Below are positions 13,565 to 27,354 of a DNA stretch of 64,000 nt, in pieces. A program made the translations under genes and the position numbers. Source of the DNA: Amoebidium appalachense (lineage: Eukaryota; Protista; Ichthyosporea). Below the pieces are notes generated by a model that saw nothing but the letters and a program-made list of their open reading frames with translations, had not been told where the DNA came from and searched no databases. Within the stretch, counting starts at the first letter, position 1. Every line of letters begins with the position of its first letter. Location of the stretch: the NCBI GenBank assembly GCA_963693365.1, contig CAVNZM010000002.1:1935759-1999758 (forward strand), read 5' to 3'.

Positions 13565-14297
13565 TCGACATTGTTTGCCGCTGAAAGACTTTGGCAGATC
13601 GATCGATCCTCAATTCTAACGCGGTTAGCTATAGCTATAGCAAGACAGGCTATAACACTGAATAGAATGCTGCCGATTTTTTCCTCTTAACTGAACAAAA
13701 GCTAACCAAATATATCTAAACTTTCTGTTTTTTGGTTAGGATTCTGGAGATACAGTAGGGCAAAGATTTCTAACACAACAGTCTGCATATAGCGGCAGGC
13801 CTACTTACAGTGCTAATACTCTATCATAACCGAACATTTCTGCAACGCAAAATCACTGTCAAATGCTTAATATTATCATTGAATACTTGTAAAAATATAT
13901 AATCTAGCACAAATGTAAATATTAGGCTGTTCTAGCGTTTATAGTACTTGAGTTATTGCGAATTGGAAAGTGTCGGTGCTACAGAATGGTGCGCCGCGCT
14001 GAATCGGATCTAATTTACCCTACTCGATCTTTTCATGTTTTTCGCGCGTGTAGGACAAATTGTTTTGCATCACGGATGAGTAGGGTAAATTGTTTTCGAT
14101 TGCGCCGATATTGCGATTGGATGGCGGCGCACCGTCTAATGCGGCGATGAGTAATTATTTTCCCTATCGGGTCGTTGTCGGGCCAATTCCGGGCGGCCCG
14201 GCCCCGTATTGGCCCGGCCTGACCCCGCCGTTCGACTCGTCTCGGTCGCCGCCGTCGTTCGCACCCATCCCCAGCCCCGTATCTCCCCTACAACCCA

Positions 14298-14625
14298 TAA
14301 GGCTGATATGCCTATATGCCTGATATGACTGATATGCCATATATGGCTATATGGCTGTTTCGGCTGTATGCCTGATATGCTATATAAGGCTGATATTCTA
14401 TAAGGCTGATATGCTATATAAGGCTGATATGCTATATATGGCTATTTGGCTGATATGCTATATAAGGCTGATATGACTGATATGACTGATATGCTATATA
14501 AGGCTGATATGCTATATATGGCTATATGACTTATACCCTATATAAGGCTGATATGCCTATATGCCTGATATGGCCATATGCCTGATACGGTCTGATACGG
14601 TCTGATACATTGGATATGCCTATAA
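14298..14625 (+). repeat. Array of short GCTGATAT/GCTATAT(A) motifs at the inner end of the left arm
   Basis: Dozens of 9-19-bp variants, e.g. AAGGCTGATATGCTATAT. Confidence 0.9.
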
Positions 14626-14941
14626 CGCTGCCCCATCCTGCCCCCATCCCGGCCTGTCCCCCATCACCATGGCCCGTCCTGTTGTTTTGTGTGGGTATAC
14701 GGGGAAGCAGAGTGCACAGATGGGTGTTATGTTATACACAACACAGAGACACACGGGAGAAACACAACCGGAGAGGTGGAACGATTTCTGGAACCATAGG
14801 AAATGAATTCGACTGCTTGATATTTATTTCAAGATGAAGTTCCTTTTATACTCAGGAATGTGAAATCGATAAACCAATCAAAAGAACGAACACTCTATTT
14901 TCCAATCAGAAAGACGAAAACTATGAGGGTAAAATATTATA

Positions 14942-15166
14942 CCGGCCCGGGTACCATATCAGGAGCGGGCAATTTTTGAATTCTCCCTCCCCCGGCCCCG
15001 CCGGGGAAAATTTGAGGTTTTTGGACCTCAAAGAAGTCAAATCCTGCAAAATCCACTACCGGGAGGCCAAAAAGGGTGATTTTACAAAAAAGGAGGGACA
15101 TACATGAAAAAGAGAAAATGGGCGAGTTCAGTGGGCTGCCGATAAGTATATTTCGTGCTGGGCCGG
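14942..15166. mobile_element. Candidate MITE in the palindrome spacer
   Basis: TATA-CCGGCCC ... GGGCCGG-TATA; 225 bp, no coding capacity. The TIR match is short. Confidence 0.4.
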
Positions 15167-15949
15167 TATACATGCTGCCGTGGTTGTTGCTGTAGACGGC
15201 CTCTTGGTCACGCACATTCACCTGCACTAATCGTTGCCGACTGGCACGTGTCAGTTCAAGCATCAAAGGATGTGTGCCTCGATCGCATTCCTGGGTGCGG
15301 CCCAAACCAATCAAGTGCTAGCCCGCAGGTGCGTGCGGTTCAGCCCAAACATACGAGGCTCACGATCCACGATTCCCCGCGGATCGGACCCGAAATATCA
15401 GTGCAGTGTAGGACCGCACGCCGCATGGGCAACATTCCTGCAGAAGCAAAACACATTCCACAAAAAATCGGTGAAAATCGTCCATCGGCCGGCCCTACCA
15501 GTTCATAATGTAACCCGGTCGTCACTCGTAGGTACCTACTTTCCTATAGCGGGACTGGCAGTGTCACGCACAGCTTTAGGCTTTCCACTGTATCGACAGG
15601 ATCTATCATAACCCAAGAACACCCGCATGCCCATGGACGCACCCGGACGTACCCTGACCCCGGCTGCATCCGGGCCCAGGAGCGTGGGCAAAGCATGAGA
15701 TAGCCAATCATATGATAGATTGTTAAAACCATCAAGCGCTATGATTGGTTACCGCACGTCGATTGCATCGGCTAAGGAAGAGGAAAGCCCATAAAACTGT
15801 GGAATGCCATGACGTCACACCTTCCAAAAGTTGACCTTACTTGCCCAGTGTCTGTGCACTCTGCTTCCCCGTGTACCCACACAAAACAACAGGACGGGCC
15901 ATGGTGATGGGGGACAGGCCGGGATGGGGCACTGGCAGGATGGGGCAGC

Positions 15950-16278
15950 GTTATAGGCATATCCAATGTATCAGACCGTATCAGACCGTATCAGGCATAT
16001 GGCCATATCAGGCATATAGGCATATCAGCCTTATATAGCATATAAGTCATATAGCCATATATAGCATATCAGCCTTATATAGCATATCAGTCATATCAGT
16101 CATATCAGCCTTATATAGCATATCAGCCAAATAGCCATATATAGCATATCAGCCTTATATAGCATATCAGCCTTATAGAATATCAGCCTTATATAGCATA
16201 TCAGGCATATAGCCGAAACAGCCATATAGCCATATATGGCATATCAGTTATATCAGGCATATAGGCATATCAGCCTTA
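15950..16278 (-). repeat. Mirror GCTGATAT array at the inner end of the right arm
   Basis: Reverse complement of 14298-14625. Confidence 0.9.
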
Positions 16279-17010
16279 TGGGTTGTAGGGGAGATACGGG
16301 GCTGGGGATGGGTGCGAACGACGGCGGCGACCGAGACGAGTCGAACGGCGGGGTCAGGCCGGGCCAATACGGGGCCGGGCCGCCCGGAATTGGCCCGACA
16401 ACGACCCGATAGGGAAAATAATTACTCATCGCCGCATTATACGGTGCGCCGCCATCCAATCGCAATATCAGCGCAATCGAAAACAATTTACCCTACTCAT
16501 CCGTGATGCAAAACAATTTGTCCTACACGCGCGAAAAACATGAAAAGATCGAGTAGGGTAAATTAGATCCGATTCAGCGCGGCGCACCATTCTGTAGCAC
16601 CGACACTTTCCAATTCGCAATAACTCAAGTACTATAAACGCTAGAACAGCCTAATATTTACATTTGTGCTAGATTATATATTTTTACAAGTATTCAATGA
16701 TAATATTAAGCATTTGACAGTGATTTTGCGTTGCAGAAATGTTCGGTTATGATAGAGTATTAGCGCTATATGCCATAGTAGGCCTGCCGCTATATGCAGA
16801 CTGTTGTGTTAGAAATCTTTGCCCTACTGTATCTCCAGAATCCTAACCAAAAAACAGAAAGTTTAGATATATTTGGTTAGCTTTTGTTCAGTTAAGAGGA
16901 AAAAGTCGGCAGCATTCTATTCAGTGTTATAGCCTGTCTTGCTATAGCTAACCGCGTTAGAATTGAGGATCGATCGATCTGCCAAAGTCTTTCAGCGGCA
17001 AACAATGTCG

Positions 17011-17074
<64 letters not shown>

Positions 17075-17076
17075 CC

Positions 17077-17197
<121 letters not shown>

Positions 17198-17499
17198 AGA
17201 CTATCTAGATCTCTCTCTCTGGATCTCTCTAGATTCTCTCTCTCTCTCTCTCTCTCGCTCTCTCTCGTCTCTCTCTCTCTCTCTCTCTCTCTCCGAGAGC
17301 TCTCTCTCTCTCTCTCTCCCCCCCCTTCTCTCCCCCCCCCCCCCTCCCCCCTCCCCCCCCCCTCTCTCCCCCTATCCCCTCCCTCTCTCTGTCTCTCTCC
17401 GAGTCAGGCTCCGACAGCCTCTCAGTGAGTCGTGGCGGTGCCTAGGCCTGTACATGTGCCAGTTGCGACTGCGAGAGCAAATAAAATTTTATTTGTCTC

Positions 17500-17702
17500 G
17501 GTTGGCCAATCAAAGCACCCCGAACCCATGTGCCTCAGAGCCAATCACGTTTCCGGCAGCTCGGCCGAAGTTTTTGCAGACGAATATAAATACAAAAAAA
17601 AACGACAGAAAGGAAAAACAACAGAAAAAAAAGAAAAGAAGTGTTTCACAACTAACCTTTTCCGAATTTACCCGCTGGCTTGCGCATGCCGAGGTAGAGA
17701 AA
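17500..17702 (+). promoter_or_regulatory. Putative esterase promoter (mirror at ~12850-13050)
   Basis: Two CCAAT boxes (GGCCAATCA, AGCCAATCA) and TGCGCATGC upstream of the ATG at 17703. Confidence 0.45.
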
Positions 17703-18504
17703 ATGAATATGTCGTCCCTACCGGTCAAACAAGTATTCTTTTTGGTTTTTCTGGCATGGGTTTTGTCTCCCCCCCAATTCCACGAGGGCATGCCGTGGCA
17801 AGGGGTTGTTTTTGAAAGGGTGACGACGGGTTTGTTTTTCCTAACCAGGCTTGTAAAACCACCATTTACCAACGACAACGGGGCGAGTTTCTTTCGAGCG
17901 GGTATTGCATTAACGCCAAAGGATATTTCTCCGCTGGCCCAAGAGCTCTTGGTAGGTTCTCTAAAGGCGCCCACCTTCACGTTGGGATTTTGGCTTTCTA
18001 GAGAAGGTGCTTGGGAGGAGAGGAGCAAAGAAAGGGAAAGGATAAGTCGAGGTCAACAGAGAGAGAGAAAAAGGGGAGGGTGACAATGGAAGAAGTTGGG
18101 AACTGAGGAGGCAAGGCAGGGAGATCTAGTGAAGATGAGGGGGGATGTTGATTTTTTTGCGGACTGAAGGGTGTTCGTAAAGAGAGAAGTCAAAGAATGA
18201 AAAACAGAGACGAGATTAGGAAAGGGGAAGGGGGAATAATGGAGAGTGGGGAGAAATATGAAAGGAGCCACAGTTTGATTGGAAAAGAATGGAGGATGGT
18301 TGGGAAAACGGGGAAGAAGATGGGTAGCATGTTCTGGCTTTCCATGTTCCCATACTCTCAGACTTCTCCCCCCCCCCCCCCCCCCCCCAAACCCACCCTC
18401 CCCCTCTCGCCCCCACACACACACACACACACACCGTGGCACAAACACACACGCTCAGACCGTGGCACACACACACACACACTAACACTAACACTTGCAC
18501 AAGT

Positions 18505-18550
<46 letters not shown>

Positions 18551-18650
18551 CACTTACACAAGTGTTCACAAGCACACACACACACACACACACACAAATA
18601 CACATGTCACCATGTCACTTCCCCCTACCCTCCTTCCTCCACCCCTCTTC

Positions 18651-18726
<76 letters not shown>

Positions 18727-18843
18727 TACACATACACCCTCCCTCCACAACTGTTCCTTTCCCCAACCCCCCTCCCTCCACCCCTCTTCAAGGCGCACAC
18801 ATGCACACACACACGTACACCCACACCCACACACCCACACCCA

Positions 18844-18885
<42 letters not shown>

Positions 18886-19402
18886 CCCACCCACGCACAA
18901 AACACACACACACACACACACGTGCGCGCACACGGGCGTGCACGCACGCACACGCACACAAATGCACTACACCCCCCCCCCCCCCCCCCCCCAAACTCCC
19001 CATCTTCTATCTGTCTGAGAGAGGGAGTAAGAACGAGAGAGAGGTGGGGTTAAAGGGTTGAAGGGGTGGGGGGAAGGGGGTGGGGTGGGGGGGGGGGGGT
19101 GCGGGGGGTAGGAAAGAGGCAGTAGGGGGTTGGAGGGGGGGCCAGGGGAATGGGAGGGGGGCTGGGGGCCGCCGCCGGGAGGGGAGGGAGGGGGGGAGAG
19201 GGGGCGGGTGGGGGGAGGGACCTGGGTGACTTTTGTTGTGGCCTTCTTGTGGCTGAAGGGTGGTATGCATTCTTTTGCATTTCCCACATTTGGGGTTTGC
19301 GGTGTGCTTGTGTTGCACATTCCCTCTTGCTCCCGCAACCCTTCCCACCATATTCCACGTTTTCCATTTACATTTTCTCTCGCTCTGTTGCTCAATTCTC
19401 TG

Positions 19403-19462
<60 letters not shown>

Positions 19463-20851
19463 CTCTCTCTCTCCCCTCTCTCCCCACCCCCTTCCCGAGC
19501 CCCTCTTCCCTTCTCTCTTTTCCCCATTCCCTTCCTCCGCCTCCCTCCACCCACCCCCTCCCTATCCCCCGTCTTCCTCTCTTCATCCATCTTTCCTTCC
19601 CTTCCCCCCCCCCCCCCTTCCTTCCCTCGTTCCTGCTGTTTTATCCATCCCCCAGCCTTCTGATTGTATTTCTGCACTCTCCCCCCCCCCCCCCCCTCTC
19701 CCCATCTCTTTGGTTTCCTTCCCTTTCACATTAAACCACCCCCTCCCTCCCCCCTCCCTCTCCCCATTTCTTTGGTTCCCTTCCGTTTCACATTAAAACC
19801 AACCCCCCCCCCCCCCCCCCTCTCCCTTTCCTAATCTCTTTAGTTTCCTTCCTTTTCACATAAAACTAACCCCCCCCCCCCCCCCCCCCCCCTCCCGTTC
19901 CCCATCTCTTTGGTTCTCTTACCTTTCACATTACCTCCCCCCCCCCCCCCCCCCCCCTCCCCTCCCCCCCCCCGCCCCTGCCCCCTCCCCTCTCTCCCCC
20001 CCCCCCTCCCTCCCCCCCCTCCCTCCCCCCCCTCCCTCTGCAGATACAAGACACAACCATGGGGTCGGACAACGTGCCAGTGCGTATCTACACCCCCCAA
20101 AACCCCAAATTTCGGGGAAAACAAGGAAAAGCCTGGCGTTTTCATATTTATCCACGGTGGTGGGTGGGCCATATATAACATAGACTCACATGAAGCCATT
20201 ACCGTCCATATAGCTGCAAAATCCGGATACACTGTAATTTCAATCGAATATCCCCTGGCACCCGAACACCGGTATCCGGCGGCGCCCAACGCGTGCGAGA
20301 GCGTGGTGAGATATGTCATGGAAAATCATGAGAAATTGAACATTGACAAGAACAGGATAGTCGTGGGTGGAGATAGCGCGGGCGGAAATTTGGCCGCGGT
20401 GATGGCGCTTAAACTTCGCGACACGCCTTTAACCAACGACGTTAAACTGCGCGCGCAAGTGCTCATTTATCCGGCGGTCGACGTAAACTTGCTGACGGAA
20501 ACCGCTAGAAAATACGGGCCAAGCACGCTCCTTTCCCCGCAACTCTTGTGGTGGTTCTGGAACCACTACCTCCCTCTGAACCACACCGGCATTGACCCTT
20601 ACATCACCCCCCTTCGCGCACAGTCGCTGGCACACCTTCCCGAAACGTACATGGCCGTGTGTGAGTATGACCTGTTGCGGAGCGAGGACGAGGCGTACAG
20701 TCGCAGGTTGGGGGAGGAGGGGGTGAAGGTGGAGCACAGGTTGATGAAAGGGTGCTACCATGGTATGATACAAGTGATTGAAGGACCGGCCAAGATTGAG
20801 ATTGCTGTGAGGGAGCTTGAGAGGATCATTCAGTGGGTTAAGGGGTTGTAG
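17703..20851 (+). CDS. Two-exon AADAC/NCEH1-like esterase, right-arm copy. Exon 1 17703-17951, exon 2 20044-20851; +1 frameshift at the start of exon 2
   Basis: Exon 1 is 249 nt (phase 0) and joins ...AQELL|[18 protein letters not shown]. Exon 2 is 808 nt, with 6 C instead of 5 at 20093-20098. The repaired product is ~351 aa. Confidence 0.82.
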
Positions 20852-21049
20852 GGTGTGTGAAGTGGACATGTGTGCATGTAGATACGATAGGGAGATGTGT
20901 ATGCATACATGTACTTAGGCACCTGCGTGTGTGTGTGTGTTAACAAATTTTGATGGAGGTAAGAGCAAAATACAAACAACCAATCAGGCCATACCAAACC
21001 GCATACCTGAAAATTCGAAGTAAGCGCTGTTGTAACACCGTTCAATGTA

Positions 21050-21093
<44 letters not shown>

Positions 21094-21439
21094 TGTTCGA
21101 ACTTATGGCGTAATCTGTAATGAATGAGCTGTAATGAATTCCCAGGGGGAGGGACTGGGATAAATTCGAAAAATGATAAACGACCATACCGTATGATGTA
21201 CTTTAATGTCGTAACACCTAGGTGCTACTAAAGTGCTCAAATAGGTAGCTCAACCGGCCCCGGCCGACTAGAGAAATTGGCACGGTGAGGGACTGTGTCT
21301 CACCAAGGTAGAAAATTAAAAAAATCAAAAATACTTTGATGTCGTAAAGCGGATGCCCAAATCCATTATGTGTGTGTGTGTGCGACACCACACACACACA
21401 CACAGGCAAAGATGCACACACACACACACCGGCACAACC

Positions 21440-21475
<36 letters not shown>

Positions 21476-21495
21476 ACACACACACACACACACAT

Positions 21496-21526
<31 letters not shown>

Positions 21527-21692
21527 AGCACACAAACACACAAACACACACACACACACAAACACAAACACAGACAGACACGAGGCGCACGCATGCACGC
21601 ACACACACACGCACACACACACACACGTGGCACACGGTGCGTGCACACATACACACACACACACTCGTGACACACACACACACACACGAACA

Positions 21693-21747
<55 letters not shown>

Positions 21748-22065
21748 GCACACGCGCACACACACATGCACACGTGTACACACATGTGACACGGCACACC
21801 CAGACGCGCACACATATTCACGTGGCACATGAGCCGTATATACACACACACACAAACCCACACACACACGGTGTCAGTGTGTGTGTGTGTGCGTATGGTT
21901 TGTTGGTCTGGCCGCACACGCGAGCATGTGTGTGTGTGTCTGTGTCAACGTGTTTGTGTGTCTGTATGTGTGTGTGTGTCACATGGTGTGTGTGTGTGTG
22001 TGTGTTTGTGAATGCATGTATGTTTGAGTGTGTGAGTGTGTGTGGTTGCCCTCTCTCTCTCTCTC

Positions 22066-22130
<65 letters not shown>

Positions 22131-22978
22131 TGGGTGGGTGGGTGTGTCACAGTGTGTGTCTGTGGGTGTGTGGGTGGGTGTGTGGGTGTGTGTTTGTGTG
22201 TGCTGTGTGCTGTGTGTTTGTGTGTGTGGTGTGTGTGTGTGTGTGTGTTGGTGTATGGCGGTTGATTTGTACAAAAGATGAAAAAGATATCTCTATGAAA
22301 AACTACTCCGGGACGTGTGTTGCCTCTAGGGGGACATCCCCTTGGACGAAAGTGAACCTGCAATGGTTGTAAACCACGGCAAGCCCCCAGTCATCAATTT
22401 ATTGATCCGTGAGGTCCATGTGCCCAAAAAACGGGGGAAGGCTTCGCCCCGTGAAAAAACAGCACGTATGTGTGGATCAATGGGGGTTGTGTGTGGGTGT
22501 AGGTGGGTGGGTGAAAAGGAATATATAGCTGTAAGGCTGTGGATGCTAAACACAGAAGATGTGTTTGTAGCTTGCTGATCTGCTAAAAAACTGTCGTGCT
22601 TATATACCTAAGCCTACCGATCTGAACCAATCAAAATCGATCTAGTGATATGTGAAATCTGATCCGAGCCAATCATAACTCGGTCTAGTGATCTGTGGTA
22701 TCTGATGTTTTGACTGGCTAATAGGTGCCCGTGTGCGGGCAGCCAACCGCTAACTGCTAAAACACGAAATGAAGCCTACATGGTTATGTTGGTATCGAAC
22801 ACCCATCCTACGTGTTTACCCAGAAAAATATTTATGTCAATAATTTCCACAAATAAAACCTCTATGAAAAACTACTCCGGGACGTGTGTTGCCTCTAGGG
22901 GGACATCCCCTTGGACGAAAGTGAACCTGCAATGGTTGTAAACCACGGCACGAGAGCAGTATGCTTGCTCCAAAGGTT

Positions 22979-24039
22979 TCACTTAAGAATAGAGGCGAAT
23001 ACACGTGTGGTGGTGGCAGCAATGGAGGCCGGACGAATTCGGGTATAGATCAGGAAGCAGTCGGAGGACCACCGGCCGAGTTGTTTGATCCGGGAGTCGT
23101 CGACCCCGGCCTCAGCCAGTGCTGTGGCCCCCCCGATGCGGAGGCTGTGTCCGGCAAACCGGGAGGGTGAGAGGCCTGCCCGGGAGAGGAGGGCACGGAA
23201 ATCGGCAGAGAAAGCACTCTTGGTGTAGGGGATGCCACCGAGACTGAAGAGGGGGTCGTCGGGTTGACCGGACGTTGTATCCAGGAACTGCCGGAGGAGA
23301 TGGGCTGGGGAGAAGTGGGTGAGGGGCAGGGCAGCTAGGGTGACGTTGACACCTCGGGCCTGTACATCCGTCTTAGAGGTTGGCAGGTGGAGGGTGGCAT
23401 GGGACAAAGTACCGGTGGGGGTGTAGCTGAAGGTCACGTCCTTCCGTTTAACGTGACGGGACGGGTCGAAAGAAGTCAGGGTCTTGGAGGTAAATTCCCC
23501 TGAACGGAGGAGACCACAGAAACCGACGATGAGGGCCGTCCATAGCCGGAGATTGGCCGAGGAGGCCTTGGTGGGGCACTGGCCGTGGAGTAGGTGGAGG
23601 TGGGAGGGGAGGAGGGGTTCCCTGGTGGATGAGCGGGGTCGGATGTTGTGAGAAAGCTGCCATCGGCCTACCCCCCGTAGGAACCAGGCCAGAGACTTGT
23701 CGTGGGGGTAGGGAGCAGGGAGGCCCATGTCGAGGTGGAGCCTGGTGATGGCCGAATTGTAGCCGGTTAAGGAAGAAGCCTGTACCCCTCGTTGGGCACA
23801 CCAGGCGAGAAAAAGTTGCACGGTGTGTGGGGAGGCCGGGAGGGAGGACCCGGAGGAGGATTGCAGCCGAGATGCCACACAGAAATCGATGAACACTTTT
23901 TGCACCCGGGAGTAAAAGGCCCGAGAGTCGAGGTTGAGACTCAGGGCCTGGCATTCCTGCAGGGTAGTGGTGGCTCGAAGCAGCTCGGCCGGAGCAAAGT
24001 GGGGGGCCAATCTGCCAGTGTTGCTCCGGAACGGGAGAT
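22979..24039 (-). CDS. Tyrosine recombinase of N1 (intact)
   Basis: GLLRSGE, SKTD, GHSLRIG, GRW and FLIY supply the catalytic R-K-H-R-W-Y residues. The 5' boundary is set at the inferred splice acceptor. Confidence 0.9.
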
Positions 24040-24062
24040 CTGGGGGGGGGGGGGGGGGGGGG

Positions 24063-25726
24063 TTAGCCCAAGGGAAGGGATAGGAACTCGTGGACCCAGG
24101 AGGGGAAGGGGCAGGGCTCCGGTTGCAGGGAAGGTCGGAGTCGTCGGGCCCGGGGAAGTTGGTTACGAGAAATGGCATCGGCCAGATGTTTGAGGGGTCC
24201 TGGTAGGTAGGATGCCTGTAACGTAAATTGGTATTGCATTTCCATGCGGGTGATGAACCGAATAAGTTTGGCCATCACGGGGTGGGGGGAAGACCGGGAG
24301 TGCAGGTCAGACACAGCACCCGTGTTGTCGCATAAAATACGGACATGGTGGGTGGACCAGGAGGGGGCCCAGAGGGCCACGGCGGCTGCGATGGCCAGGA
24401 GTTCGATGACGGAAGAACCGAGTTTACCCTCATGAGCATAGAGGGCTTGGGTGGAGGGGGACCAGGGCATGAAGAACCATTGGTCGAGCCAGTGGCCACC
24501 TAGACCCACCGATCCGGCAGCATCAGTGGCCAGGGTGGTGTATGTGGGGGGTGTGATGAGGTGCACCCCATTCCATGATGTGAGGAACTGGTGCCATTCG
24601 GCTATGTCGGCCCGGGCGGCAGCAGTCAGTCGTATGTGGTGGTGGCCGGCAAGGTGTGGGTGGGTCCGGAGAAGGGCCCATAGGCGCTGGGAGAAGGCCC
24701 TCCCGGGGGGAACCAGCTGGGCACACCAGGTGAGTTTGCCGAGGAGGGACTGGAGGTCCCGAATGGTGATGGTGGGCTTTGGGTGGGAAGTGAGGTCGAG
24801 TAGGTCCGAGAGCTTGGAAGCCGGGATTCGTGCCTCCATGGCGATGGAGTCGAATTCGATACCGATGAAGACGACACGGGTAGCCGGGCCCTGCATCTTG
24901 TCTTCGGAGATGGCAATGTGCAGCTCTCGGCAGAGTTGCAGAAAGGTGGATAGGTGACGTTGGCACTGCTGTTGTGTGGGGGCGACTATAATCCAGTCGT
25001 CTACGTAGTGGCGGATGAGGGTAATACCGTGCTGGTGTGCCAGCCACTGTAGGGTGGCCGCGATCCGTTCCCAGATGGCTGGGCTAGATTTCAGGCCGAA
25101 GGGCAGTCTGGTTTCAACGTAAAAATGCCCTTGCCATTTGAATGCCATTAAGTGGTGGTCTTCCGGTCGGATGGGCATGTGCCGGAAGGCAGCCTGCACA
25201 TCTGCCACGGCCATGTAGCAGCCGGGGCCTGCGTCGAGAATGAGTTGGGTGACATCCCGGGCGCGAATGTACCGAAGTTCGTCGGGGTAGGTGATGCTGT
25301 CATTGACACTGCTACCCCGGGGCCAGGAGAGGTGGTGGATTCGACGGTACTTGGGGGGGTTCCCTTTCTTGGTAACGGCGCCGATGGGGGAGGAACGGTG
25401 GACGGGAAATTCGTCAAAGAATTGGGCCGGGGAGAGGGGGCCGCGCAGGTGGCCGAGGGCGACTTCTTTGGCAATATCCACCGTGATAGCGGCAGCTGCC
25501 TCCGGGGTGGTGGGTAGGTTGGGGCCCACCCGAGAGGTGGAGGGGCCGCGATAGCCGATGTCGACGCCGAATTCGACATCGTGGAGGAGTTGTGCGGCGA
25601 ATGGTTGGTCCGGGTAGGAGGCCAGCAGTTCCCGGAGGCGGGAGGTGTCAATGTGGTGCTGGGACAGCGGGCGGGCCTCCGGGTCTGAGCCTCGGGGGAA
25701 GGGGTGGTTAGCAAGGGTGGTGTACC
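24063..25726 (-). CDS. Reverse transcriptase/RNase H of N1
   Basis: YRRIHHLS, ADVQAAF, LPFGLKSSP, YVDD; RH TDAA/IELLA/CDN/ADAISR. The 5' boundary is set at the inferred splice acceptor. Confidence 0.92.
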
Positions 25727-25746
25727 CTTGGGGAGATCCCGGCAGT

Positions 25747-25790
<44 letters not shown>

Positions 25791-26184
25791 CAGGGCCCCG
25801 GGGGGTTAGAGTAGGGCAGCTTGGCCCAAGTGAGGGTTGGCAGGGAGGGCAGCGGGGCCCTGTGCAGGGGAATGTGCCCGAGCACGCGGGGGTGTGGGCG
25901 GACACAGCGGTAGAAGAAGGGGGGGGGAGGGAGTGCTAGGTGAGTGTAAGGGGGGGGGGAGGCTCGTGGGATGGGGGGGGGGGGAGTAAAATTATGTGCA
26001 GTGGCCAGAATAAACGTCTTTGTATAGGGACATTTATTCTTGACGCGCGCGGGCGCCGTAGTTGGCCTGCGAAATTTTGTACTCAGCCCTATTGGCCCGT
26101 TCTCCCGAGCTCCGTTTCCCTGTACTCGTGTGTCCTAGCTCCGAACCCCTATGTTCTAGCTGTGTGTGTGGGTGTGCGCGTAGA

Positions 26185-27354
26185 CTAGGCATTGTGCTTG
26201 CAGTCTTTGCGGGGGTGTGTGCCAGAGCAGAGCGGGCACACGTGGGAGAAGGGGCAGGGCTGCTTAGCGCAGGACCGACCGTTAATGTGGAAATTCCTGC
26301 AGTGCGTCGCGGGTAGATCCACGGGTCGGGCCGGTTTGGCCGGGCCGGGTTGCGGGCCAGGGCGGTTAGGGGTGTGACCCCCGCCGGGCTTGTGGGGCGG
26401 CTTAAAGCCGTCAAGACCACAGCCGGGCTTGGGGTACATGGGGCAGGCCGCGCTGGGGTGGTCGGGGAAGCCACAGCGCTGACATGCGTCCTGGATGAGC
26501 AGGGTGGGTGGCAGGAGGAGATCCTGGTGGAGTTGGGCGAGCAGGTTGGGGCACTCGATCGGAGCCCGACCCTGCTGGTGGGCCACGGTGCGGGCGTATA
26601 CGTCATAGTTGTGGATCTGGGCCCACGGGTATCGGGTGCTGAGGCGAGTGATGTGCTGAGTCCAAAGTACGTCTTTGTCCGTGGGAAGGCCGAGGTGGTG
26701 CTTGGCGGCCATGTAATGGGTCCAAGCTTGGATCCAAATGACGAGTGAACGCAGGGGAACGGGTTTGTCTTGGCGAAAAGTCTCGATGCTGCCGTCGTCG
26801 GCCATGCGCAGATGCTGACCTTTCTTGGATGGGGCCAGGAGGGCGGCGGGGGTGAACTTATACAGGTCGACGAAACGATTGGCGCGCAAATCTGCCAGCA
26901 CATCCGCGGGGGGAAGCGGGAGTGTGCCCGGCTGAATGTCGCCAGTGTTCTCACCTGTGATGGGGGGCGCGGGCAGGGCAGGCAGGTCAAGGTCAGGGCC
27001 GAGATGCAGCCCCGGGGAAACCTCCCCGGGTGTGGAGGGCGCGGCGGGGGGCGCGGGAGGGTCGCGGTTGGTGAGAGCAGCCAGGACGCCAGCCATCTGG
27101 GTGCTGATGGCGGTGAGGGCGGCCAGGACGGCGTCTTGAGAAGTCATCTGCGGGGACGGCGGGGCCTGAGGGGGGACTTCAGGGGTGGAGGGGAGAGTAG
27201 CCGGCGGGTCCGGGTCCGTGGTGGTATGGGCCGCTGGAGGCGCGTCAGTGTCCGCGGGAGCGTTGGTCAGCCTGTGGCGGAGGTCGCTGCGGGTCAGGCG
27301 CTTAGGTGCCGCGGCAGGGGCGGCGGCTGAGGCCTGGCGCTTTTTCGGCGGCAT
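26185..27354 (-). CDS. Gag-like ORF1 of N1 (389 aa)
   Basis: ATG-initiated, basic N-terminus MPPKKRQ, CQRCGFPDHPSAAC knuckle and a C-terminal CCCH/CCHC cluster. Confidence 0.88.
   Translation of the reverse strand: MPPKKRQASAAAPAAAPKRLTRSDLRHRLTNAPADTDAPPAAHTTTDPDPPATLPSTPEVPPQAPPSPQMTSQDAVLAALTAISTQMAGVLAALTNRDPPAPPAAPSTPGEVSPGLHLGPDLDLPALPAPPITGENTGDIQPGTLPLPPADVLADLRANRFVDLYKFTPAALLAPSKKGQHLRMADDGSIETFRQDKPVPLRSLVIWIQAWTHYMAAKHHLGLPTDKDVLWTQHITRLSTRYPWAQIHNYDVYARTVAHQQGRAPIECPNLLAQLHQDLLLPPTLLIQDACQRCGFPDHPSAACPMYPKPGCGLDGFKPPHKPGGGHTPNRPGPQPGPAKPARPVDLPATHCRNFHINGRSCAKQPCPFSHVCPLCSGTHPRKDCKHNA

Larger units (their letters stand above)
15..14720 (+). repeat. Left arm of giant inverted duplication (contains copia-A insertion 1123-8253)
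   Basis: Reverse complement of 15851-28409 throughout: 15-680 vs 27744-28409, esterase exons, GA/CT tracts and the GCTGATAT array. Homology stops at GTGCACAGA (14720). The outer limit is only 15 bp from the window edge, so it may be an indel rather than the true end. Confidence 0.93.

Noticed and set aside
14721-15850. Protein-coding gene in the palindrome spacer
   Set aside because: Only short overlapping ORFs (125 aa or less) without recognisable motifs.
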